Of a stretch of 64,000 nucleotides of DNA, positions 1 through 15,842 are shown piece by piece (positions within the stretch are counted from its first letter, which is position 1; each line of letters opens with the position of its first letter). The notes under the pieces are model-generated. The model searched no databases. It saw only the letters and a program-made list of their open reading frames with translations, and had not been told where the DNA came from. The stretch is taken from contig CM120640.1 in NCBI GenBank assembly GCA_051362555.1, forward strand, positions 26,832,225 through 26,896,224. The letters are read 5' to 3'. The position numbers and the translations under genes were made by a program. Source of the DNA: Lingula anatina (lineage: Eukaryota; Animalia; Brachiopoda).

Positions 1-294
1 AAATATATCAGGGGAAGTTACTTTGGTTATTGCTGATTTTACCATGATATATAACCTTTAAGTCTGATATCTAATGTTGCTAACTGACAAAAAAAAGCTT
101 ATTGCCATGTTGGAGTTATGATTCTCATACATGTACATTGATTTTTGCATTAAATGGAAAGACAGTATGTTATTAAGTTTGGAAGTATTTTGGATCCTGA
201 ACAGACGAGAATAGATACTTAAGTATTATTCATCAGTATTGCATTCATCAGCTGAAATGTATTAGTATAGATTTTCAACATATGCTCTATTTAG

Positions 295-5519
<5,225 letters not shown>

Positions 5520-5864
5520 AAAAAAAATGGTATTTTTCACTTCCACATGTATGTTTTCCAATTTTAGACATTGTTGTTATCTGTGTATATCATTGGTACT
5601 GTAACAATGAATTTTAACCTTACAAGAAAATTTTATAAGAAAATCATTCTGAACTGTTTTAAATATGGGCAGATCGGGTTATCTTATTTCAATGATGAAG
5701 ATTATTGAAGTTAACACACATGTGAAGTGAAAAGACAAAACACTGTAACATAATTTTTATAAAGTTAATTGGCATCATGTGTGCTTAACAATGATATAGC
5801 TCAATGTATCTGTGTGATTGGACTTTCAAGAAGGCTTAACATACTTTGAAAGTATTAAATACTG

Positions 5865-5865
<1 letters not shown>

Positions 5866-5926
<61 letters not shown>
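5866..5926. repeat. (TA)n microsatellite downstream of the PI4KA stop
   Basis: Perfect TA run. Other simple repeats: (TA)n 7689-7752, (TTA)n ~11401-11458, (TG)n 15767-15841, poly-T ~30035-30077. Confidence 0.95.
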
Positions 5927-5929
<3 letters not shown>

Positions 5930-6386
5930 CTTCATAAATTATTAAATAAGTTATTTTGTTTGTTTAGATAAAGTATCCACAATTGTCAAGCAGAGCAGTT
6001 TCTTCTTCATAAAAACATTTTCTTTCAAAATCTCACTCTTGTAAAGAGGTAAAAAAGCAGTTACATGGTTTTAAACTCTTTTTTCAAGCTATTACATAAA
6101 CTCTCATTTTCTCTTAAAGAAAATGCTGTTGTGATTTTTCCAAAAATGAAATTTCACCCTTCAACAGTGTTTGAATATAATTTTCATGAAATTTGAAAGT
6201 GCAATGATTTTGAAGATAGTAAAACTTTACCCTCTTACTTGCATTTGTTGTCAATATAAAAATAGTGACTATCTTTATACATATAGTCTATGTACTGTTA
6301 ATAAAACCAAAGAAAATAGGTTTTTCTTGTTTATTGACATTTCAAGTAATAAAATATTATTTCAAGTATTATTGCTCAGGTGACCT

Positions 6387-6422
<36 letters not shown>

Positions 6423-7003
6423 CTTGTGCACGCATTCTAACCGAGGACACACACCCGCCCGAAACCCACTAACCGAGGACACACCTCCAACCGAGGACGT
6501 CCTCGGTTGACATAAGCAGTGGAATGCATAAAGGGGCCCATTTCAAGTTAGGTGGTGAAATTTGACGCTATTCTGAGCCAGTCCTCGGTTATGCTGTATA
6601 GCGCGGGCCAAATTCCCGCCACGAGTGTATCAGAAATACTGTCCAACTTTTTGTCTGAAATCGGGCTATACACACGCGTCCTCGGTTGTGCTGTTAAGGG
6701 CGGACCAAATTCCGCGTCCTCGGTTGTGCTGTAAAGGGCAGACTAACCTGAAACTATTGTTATATCTCAGATGTCTATATATTCAGTAAGTTCATATTTT
6801 TAAACTAAAGGTCTTTTTTTATCAAATTAAGCTCTCCTAGGCCGTTACGTAACTACATAACTATCATCGCACTGTACATATTACGGCACGCTTCTTTATT
6901 AGTACAACTGACTTGGAGTGGTTTAAATAAAGAAGAACTGTCTGAATTTGTGGCTCACTCGGTAGACCTTAGGACCGACAATCTTTTGAGGGTGCAAGAA
7001 TTA

Positions 7004-7686
7004 CTCTGAAGTATCAAATAAACGTACCGGTACGTTAATTAATTTTCCAAATTTCTTCCCACCGGTACGCTCCATTTTCACCCAGTACGCTTATTAATTT
7101 TTCAAAAATCTTCCACCCGGTATGTTTATTAAATACATATTGTACCGGTGGGAAATTACACAAGTACAAGTCACGCTTTTTATTTTCTTAAATTGAAGTA
7201 TAATGAGAAGAAAATTGAGATCTCAACTCATTACCGACTGTTCTACCAACAGCACTGGAAAGTAGGTCAAGCGGAAGTCGCTCTCTGAACACAACAGTAC
7301 ATGCGTCACCTGATTTCAGTTCCTATAAATAGACGTGCTTTCCCTTCAACAGTGACAACTACTCATGTAGGCCTACATCAATCGAATGATGCAATGTCGC
7401 AAGGTGATAGGATCATATTTATAGCTAAGGAGGTCATTTCAAGTGCAGCAAAGAAGTTGTGCCTGTTTTCAAACGTCAATTATTTCATGCCGATTTATGA
7501 TTTAAACGATGTTAAATCACATTTCTATGTAAGATAAACCCTTAGGAGTTTACAGGTATGCAAAACGAACCTTATATCTGAGAATAAATTTACTATGAAT
7601 AACGTCTCCGTATGGCTCTCGGAGGCGGCTTAGGTGCGACATATCTGGGTCTTCGGCCCCTGACGATTATGAAATTTAACTCATGG

Positions 7687-7757
<71 letters not shown>

Positions 7758-8056
7758 GATAAATGATAATACTGAGTGAATTTTACCTGGTGAATTTTTT
7801 TTTTTTTTTTTTTTTACAATGATCAATAGCTAGCTTTTTTCTTTCTCTTCTTCTTCTTTACTTTTATTTATTTATTTCATTTTTTTTTGGGGGGGGGGGG
7901 GAGTGGTGCAAAGGTTTTTTCCACCCAGTACTTTTATTCCATCCAGTACTTTTATTAAATTTCGAGATTTTTTACACCCAGTACTTTTATTCCATCAGTA
8001 CTTTTATTAAATTTTGAGATTTTTTCCACCCAGTACTTTTATTCGATACTTCAGAG
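7004..8056. mobile_element. Tc1/mariner-pogo-like non-autonomous element with TA TSD
   Basis: TA|CTCTGAAGTATCAAATAAA...TTTTATTCGATACTTCAGAG|TA. Subterminal repeats CCACCCAGTAC(G/T) near both ends. Confidence 0.75.
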
Positions 8057-8086
8057 TAAATGAAAAGGGTAAATGGATCGTCCGTA

Positions 8087-8302
8087 AACCCCCTTTACAC
8101 TGGGGCGGCGTCCTTTGTGCGACCAAGAAACTGGCATCACTGTGGTCGTAGAAAGGAGGTACAAGCATTGCTTTGGTTGAAAAAAAAAAATGAATATTTG
8201 GTGATTGGCCAGTTGTCAGAAAGTTAAGTATTATAATTTTGTACTCTCAAATGGATCCGTACTACAGGACGCAGAAAGGACGCCGTCCAGTGTAAAGGGC
8301 CC
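8087..8302. mobile_element. PIF/Harbinger (Tourist)-like MITE, ~215 bp
   Basis: TIR CCCTTTACACTGG.CGGCGTCCTTT / AAAGGACGCCGTCCAGTGTAAAGGG with TAA/TTA flanks. A second copy in opposite orientation lies at ~48533-48745. Confidence 0.7.
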
Positions 8303-8749
8303 CTTAGCTAACTATGAATTAATCTACCCCTGACAGTTTGAAGAAGGCTATGACATTATGAAACATTTGTTATTACATAATGGCTCTGCGAACTACAGTC
8401 ACTTCTTTTCACCTGTAGATCTGACCTGTTTGTTATACACCTGGCTGCTAGAATAAATACTAAATCTAACAACTGAAGTGAAATTATATTTTGAATGGGC
8501 CCCTGTCGGTCCATGTCGCTAACACAGAGCACACATATTCATAAACACCGCATTTGCAAGAACCGCTTTGTGAAATAAAAAAAGAAAAAAAAGACGCCCC
8601 GACAATTACGCGTCCTGATATATAGGCCTATACAGTTCGGATATGCACACGGCAAAAACGATTAAGGGACCGTTCCCAGATCCTATCGTACTAACTATGG
8701 ATCGATCTCTCCCAGAAGGAATGCTATATAAATTGCAATCAACGTAATC

Positions 8750-10500
8750 AGTGTGATCTGGCCAATTTTACAAAGTTGCTGTTTTTCCCTTTTCTCAGCA
8801 TAATATTATATGCGATGCAACATTTTAAAGAGAACCGATAGGTCTATTTTCATGAAACTCACAGAACTGATGAATTTTAGTTAAACGCAGGTCAAGTTTG
8901 AAAATCTTCATAATGGGCTGCTTTTTTTTTTTTCAGAAAATTTGCTGTTGTTTTTGCTTTTTTCAGCATACATGCAACACTGTAAACACAGTTCAAGGAG
9001 AAGCAATAGGTCTATTGTCATGAAACTCACAGAACTGATGATTATTAGTAAAAGGGTTGTCAAGATCAAAAATCGGCATATCTGGGCCATTTTTTGTCAA
9101 ATTTTATGCTGTTTTTTTCTGCCATTTTCAGCATATAAGTAACACTGTAAGCATATTTCAGGGAGAACCGATAGGTCGTTGTCATTAAACTCACAGGAGT
9201 GATCAATGTTACCAATATACAAATCAAGTTTGAAAATAGGATTGATTGGTTGAGTTTTGTGGAAGTTGTGCCTTGTTTTGATATATATAAGTGGTTTTCC
9301 TCAGATTTGATTGTCAGGCATGTTGACAGTTTCGTTATTGAACTAACTAGATATGTAAATAAGTTAGTGTTTCTCTGAAATTGTCTGCATCTTTACAACA
9401 TTGCTAGTTGATTATATAAATATGACGGTAAACATGTTATCATGTACTGTGTAATACAGTGTCTCAAAATGGAGGAAATGGGGTGATTATTTTCAAAAGT
9501 TTTGCATTTTTTTCTCCTTTTTTCAGTGTACATGCAACACTGTTAACATATTTCAAGGAGAACCAATAAGCCTGTTTTCATGAAACTCACAGAACTGATG
9601 ATTATAAGTAAAAGAATGGTCAAGATTGAAAATCAGCAAGACCAGGCCCTTTTCTTTCAAATTTTATGCTGTTTTTTTTTTTTTTTTTTTTTTCAGCATA
9701 TATGTAACACTGTAAGCACATTTCAGGGAGAACCAATAGGCCTGTTGTCATTAAACTCACAAGAGTGATCAATGTTATCTATAAACAAATCAAATTTAAA
9801 AATAAGATTGATTGGTTGAGTTTTGAGGGACTTCAGCTTTTATTTGTATATAAGTGGTTTTCCTCAGATTTGATTGTCAGGCATGTAAACAGTCTCATTA
9901 TTGAATTTACTAGATATGTAAAATGGGTTGTTTGACAATTTCTGCGTCTTGACAATATTGCTAGTTGATTATATAAAAATGGTGGTAAACCTGTTATCTT
10001 GTATTGTGTAAAAAAAGTGCCAAAATGGAAATGAACTCGTATCATTGTAGTTTGTCAGATTCAATCATTCACAATGTTCGGAATGGAGGAAATTGGACAT
10101 TTAAACTTGTTATATTGATATTTTTGCCATCTCAACAATTTTCTTAGTTGATCATGTGAAATGGCACTAAACTGTATTATTTTATGTAAAAAAGTTAAAA
10201 ATGGAAAGAAACCCATTTCAGTACAGTGCTCTCTTGTATACATTTAGCATTTTCAAAGTATGACTTTGGAGTTCCATGAACCTGAAAACCTTTGCTAGTC
10301 ACATTTTCTGAATATTCATGATACTAATATTTTATTATAAAAAATTGATGATCATTATGCTGTTAAGCATTATATAATATTGCATCAAATTGGAAGAAAG
10401 CACAATTTTGGGTGCTGCTGGCATGATGTCCTCAATTGTAAAATTGTGTACTGTGCAAGTCTGTATCCAATGGACGACACTTTGTGTTATCAAAATATAA
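8750..10500 (+). mobile_element. Degenerate internal fragments of HINE family B
   Basis: Shares blocks such as CATGAAACTCACAG, GCAACACTGT and GAATGGAGGAAATTGGACATTT with full-length copies at 45254-47486 and 59125-60770. Confidence 0.7.
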
Positions 10501-11427
10501 AATTCATGATAATAAAAGAGTGCTAAATAGAAAATAAGCATTATGAAATTAAAATGTTTGAAAACGAATTTCTTTGGTCTTTTATTTTATTTCATCAGTA
10601 TCCTTTCTTTTCCTAAATTAATTGATGTTTTATGTCATAATCTTCAATTCTAAAAAAGTGACAAAGCCCAGCATTAAATATTGTATAACTGTTCATTTAA
10701 TCATCACCTCTGGTGTTATTTTGGAATTTACCTTAAATATGAAAGAATTTCATAAAAATGTGAATTGCTGCAAAGTAACGCTATATAAAATTTGCTTTGC
10801 ATTAAAAGTACAATCATTATTACATGTAGATGCATGCATGTCCTCGGTTGTAATGTGTAGTGTCTGTCCGTGTGTGTGTCCGTGTGTGTCCTCGGTTAGA
10901 ATGTAAAATTCTTGTCAGCAAAAAATTAGTTTTTATAAAAAATTAATTTATAACATTCATACTCGAATAGATTTTACCCCAAATTGAATGTTTTTATTTT
11001 GATTTAACCAAGGAATAAGATGTCCTCGGTTGTATGGTGTTGTGCTGATGTCCTCGGTTGGTACACATAGACAAGTATGTGTGTGTGTGTGTGTGTGTAA
11101 CTTTAGTGTTTAACAAAAATGAAAAGAAGCAAAGTTTTTGTTTAGCAAAGATTTATTTCAAAATATATTTTAATAAAAATGAATTCAGATATAACATTGA
11201 TGGGGTAGTAAAAAAATGAGGGGGGTGGCATGAGAATGGTTTAAATGTTGTGCATGCAAGAAAACACTTGTGCTAGTAGTCTGCTCCACACTGAAAACGC
11301 CCTTCTCTTATCCCCCCCCCCCCAAGTTAAGTTGTAGCTTCTAGGTCATCATTGCTCTCAGGTATTTGTTTTGAATTTCAAAATATTATTTTGGTCTCCC
11401 ATTATTATTATTTATTATTATTATTGA

Positions 11428-11458
<31 letters not shown>

Positions 11459-12084
11459 GATAGTTTGGCAGTTATCAGCTAGTAGAAAACTCTTCTCAGA
11501 CAGCGTACAATTTTTTTTCAAGACAGGTGTCCCATGCCAAGGAGAATATAATTTATTATTTTTTTACATCTATAGAATGCAGATCACTTGAATGATTTAT
11601 TTATATATTATATTTATATATTATATTTATATAATATATAAATATAATATATATATATTTATATTTATATATTATATTATATTTATATATTTCAAGAATT
11701 AAAAAAAGTGTTGCACCTGTGGTGAAAATGATTGAGCCACTCACTTATGGGGGCTTTATTGTTGTTATTGCGGAAAGGAATGTAAAATTTAAAAAGAGCC
11801 TATATTTTACTGATTCTTATTATAATTGATTGAGTAGCAGACCAGCAGCCAGCATGTCTGAGCATCAGTGTATGGTCTCCGGCCGTGAAAAAAAAATGAT
11901 TTGCACAATAATTTAATAATTTTGTTTTTTTTTTCTTTTTTATTATCTTTTTTGTTTACTATTCCTTATTTGACTCAAAAGTTCATCAAATATTCTTCTG
12001 AAAATAAATTTAGTTAGATCTACGCATAGACCTATGTATTTAAAAAATTTTAAGGACCGCGCGCATCACATTATTAATGTCAAT

Positions 12085-12231
12085 TTCTCGTTTTCAAACT
12101 GCGCATGCGCTGTAGAGGTTGGCACAGACCAACTTGGGCTTAGCGAATGTGAAAGTAAGTTTAAGGGTTGTTTCGGCGGTATTAAACAATTAATCTTCTA
12201 GGTTAAGCAGCCAGGGAGTAGTTCATTACAT
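12085..12231 (+). promoter_or_regulatory. Putative promoter and non-coding 5' exon(s) of paralog 1, with an NRF1-type site
   Basis: TGCGCATGCGC at 12100-12110 in a locally CpG-richer patch. GTAAGT donors at 12155 and 12232. The whole block is conserved at 31085-31430 upstream of paralog 2. Confidence 0.6.
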
Positions 12232-12701
12232 GTAAGTAAATTTCTTTGATCCGTAGGAACGGAAGTCTGACCTCCAGTGTGGTAAGTTAGAGTTGGTTGG
12301 GGCGAGACGTTGGTTTTTCTGTATCCCGCTCGGTATACATGTATTACCAGTGCAGGTAAATTGAGAAACGGACTCTTAACGGACTACTATACCTGTCACA
12401 CCGCCACATCACAAGGCCAGGATATACTTCTGGTCAATATCTATAATATAAGCTCTCTGGCCTATCTGTAATTAATCGTTGATACTGATATTAATAACCC
12501 GGAAGCTCAATAAAATTTTACTTTGCAAAGACGTGCAGTTTCTAATATGTACTAGCTGTGCCGTTTTAATAATAGACTATGATCGCGAATGGCAGGGTCA
12601 CGAGGTCTCTGCAGTAGTTTTCATTTCAATGAACGTGTCACCATGAACCTTATGATGGAACTAACAGATATGTATTTGTAGGAACACAAGACGAAAGAGC
12701 C

Positions 12702-13523
12702 ATGGCGTCAGAAAAGATGTTGCGAGATCAGCTGAAGGCACTCAGGGAGTGTGTGACCAAGAACCGAGTGGCATTGGTGACAGACTTGAATGTGGAAGGT
12801 CTTCTGTTGACTTTTTTGCAGCAACAGTCTCTTCTGACCGAATATCAAATAGATATAATAAGGGTACAGTATAATCAATTTATTGTTGTACCTGTATTTA
12901 GAAGCTTGAACAGTCTACATGTAGTTTGTTTCTTTAATTTGTCTTTTTCTTTTACTGGGAAGGGGAAAGGGCACATGTGGGGGGGGGGGGGGGGGTTACT
13001 TGCTTTCAACTAGATTTTTACCTTCTCTAACATAGGGCAGCTGAGTGATGATATCAACTTAATGCAAAAATTCACTCTAAACCTCTGTATTGAGATATCA
13101 GACGGAACCAGTTTAGTAAATCCTCTTGTCAAAGTACTGTACAGCCACCTACCCCACTTGGGGGTTTCCCAAAATGGTACTTTTTGTTGGACAAAGGCAA
13201 GAAAACCCTGTATCAAATGAAGTTTACACGTACAATTTTAAAAAGACCTAAGCTTACAAATACTCAGAAGTATTCATTGATCACTATATCTTTTTAAGAC
13301 ATTTCTTTTGTTGTAATTCCTTGTACAGTGTACCAAATATTATGCACATGATGCTTATGTATAACATTAAAGTTATGATTTTTGTACCTGCAGGCAGAGA
13401 AAACCAGGCATGACAAAGCTGAGAAAGTACTGGATTTCATCATAACCAAAGGTCCAGATTTTTTGGACAAGTTCATTACAGCATTGAGAGAAACGAGCCA
13501 AGACCATTTGGCTGACTTACTTG
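12702..13523 (+). other. CARD domain of paralog 1 (2 exons)
   Basis: ...VTKNRVALVTDLNVEGLLLTFLQQQSLLTEYQIDIIR|AEKTRHDKAEKVLDFIITKGPDFLDKFITALRETSQDHLADLL, a typical CARD pattern (NRxxLVxxL, LTxxQxxxI, T..KA..LLD.I..KG..F..AL..Q.HLA.LL). Confidence 0.88.
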
Positions 13524-15764
13524 GTATGTACTGTATATTTATTAACATTGCATTTATTCCAATTTTAAAACTTGTATTTTGTATTTTTGACTCAGAAGGT
13601 GTACATTTGTATCCTGTCAGCTGATATCATTATTCTTAGATGGCTCTCAGTTGCAAACATATAGGTCATGAACATAGCATTTGAGGGATTGAAATATCTT
13701 GACATACTTTAAGTGTTATTTGTAAGGTGATTGGAGTTTTATATTTATAGAGACATCAAAGAACTCTGCTCCACAGATTCCAGTGAGCATTCCAGGTGTT
13801 AAAAAGGAAACACCTTATACACACCCAATGACTGCTCCTGATACAAAGGCAGGGCATTTCTATAATGCCAGTACAATAAGTGTCCATCATCATTATGGGT
13901 CTGGAGATTCTGGTCGTGAAACCATCTACCAGCGAGAGCAGGCCATAAATCCCATGCAGATGGCATCTCCCCCAGGTGCAGTTAAGAGAAAGCCAGTTGG
14001 GCTGGTTGGATCTCCTGCTGTGAAGTTGCCACAGCGGGATTTAAGAGAGGAAATGGAAACAGAGCGCATTGGACAAACATTCCAGATTTTGGCAGAAGGC
14101 CCAAGAATAAAAGATTTGAGAGAAAAGCTGCTGTTAAGTATAAAAGCCCATGGCATGTCTTTCCATGGAGAAACACCTATGGATGGAAACTGTTTCTTTC
14201 ATGCTGTAGCAGATCAGTATGTTCGACTAGGACTTCAGCAAGGAATTACGCATAGAGAAATCAGAAAACTAGTTGTCAGTTATCTACAGGTAATCGTTCA
14301 TAATTAAGAAAACCAGAAAATTTATTTCAGTTAAAAAAATATGACTTCACACATCCTAAATGGACTTAAAAAGTGCATATCTTGCCACACCTGTACCAGA
14401 TATTCTGAGTCCAAGCAAAAGTATAACAAATTAAAGCCCATAAGGACAATCTGCAATTATAAGTTTAAGTTTAAAAATGCAGTTTTCCTAAGAGTTGTAA
14501 TATGTATTAGCCAAAGTTGTAAGCCAGGAGGCAATATAATTGAAATACAAATGTTGGTCTGATACCGCAGAGAAGGATGTTTTTGAAATTTTTTTAATTA
14601 GAGTGTGTTGGACACGTACATTACTGTATTTAGTGTGTTTCAGATTGATTATGAAGATGATAGTCAAATATTTCTCATGCTAAAATCATTTATACATATA
14701 TAATATATTGAGATCTAAGATCAGTGCATAAAAACTCTGTAAATGTCCTTGGAGCAATAATTTATCTATGCTACTGTACATACAGAAACTTTTCTATTTA
14801 TGGCCATTTTTTTTTTCTTTTTAAATTCATTTTATTTACTAATTTATTTTTTGTGATGGCACATGAAACTTAACTCATCTTGATTGTCCTTTTCAGCACT
14901 ACCAACAAGAGTACACACCACATATTAATGGTTCTGACTGGCCAGCATACGTCAGCAAAATGGCTCAGGATGGAGCTTGGGCTGATGACCTAACGATTGA
15001 CGCAACTTCTAAGGCCTTGGGGCGTAAATTGCTTATAGTATCCAGTTCTCCAGGGGCAAAAAATGGTGTCTTACAAACTATTTTTAACGGAAATGCTGAT
15101 GGGGAACCTCTCATGCTTGGTCGTTACCATGAAAATTATTATCAGAGTCTTGAAATGGCAAATGAAACAGGTTAACATTTTCCTTATGCATTTTTGTTTA
15201 AGATACATTTTGAGATGTGAAAGAAGTGTAATTTAAGATACATTTTGAGATGTTAAAAAAGTGTTAAGATGTTCTAAAGTTTTCAGGTGTTTGAACGTAC
15301 ATTCTAACTCTGATGAAAATAAGGATTGTGTAGCATCATTCCTTTGTCTCTTTTATTTTCACTAAGATTGGGCATCTATTCATCTTTCTGATTTTGAGTT
15401 GAATTCTTTTTTAATCTCAAGTATTTTCTTTATTTTTATCATATGCAAGATCTAAAAAGATTACAGACAGACTTGAAGTCAACCAGCTTCTCTGGCCCGA
15501 TGGAAATGGAAACGACGGATAGTAGTGGGACAGACTTTGTCTCCCAAATAACAGGTGTATTAGAGAAAGAAAAGGCAGGAAACAGGCAGACATCTTCAGT
15601 TTCTGCACCAGACATTCAGAGCAAGCCAAAACCAGAATTTAACCAAGCTATCAATGCTTATGAATTCAGTGAGAAGGACTTGGAATTGGTCACTAACTAT
15701 TTTTCTGAAGAAATTGCCTCTGAAGAAAAATGTGGGTTTGGTGTAGTGCATAAGGGTAGGTTGC

Positions 15765-15842
<78 letters not shown>

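Larger units (their letters stand above)
6421..11076. mobile_element. Unclassified non-autonomous DNA element with repeated AACCGAGGAC/GTCCTCGGTT subterminal motifs, flanked on both sides by (TG)n; contains nested elements
   Basis: CATTCTAACCGAGGACACAC at ~6435 is the reverse complement of GTGTGTCCTCGGTTAGAATG at ~10884-10903. The 10-mer recurs at 6439-6727 and 10840-11059. (TG)n lies at 6391-6420 and ~11079-11098. Exact ends are uncertain. Confidence 0.55.

Noticed and set aside
12140-12160. IRF-like GAATGTGAAAGT and GAAAACGAGAAA motifs near the promoters
   Set aside because: Not a canonical ISRE spacing, and such motifs are common in AT-rich DNA.
15201-15270. 35-bp intronic tandem repeat (2 copies here, 3 copies at ~53081-53180)
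   Set aside because: Ordinary minisatellite copy-number change with no evident function.
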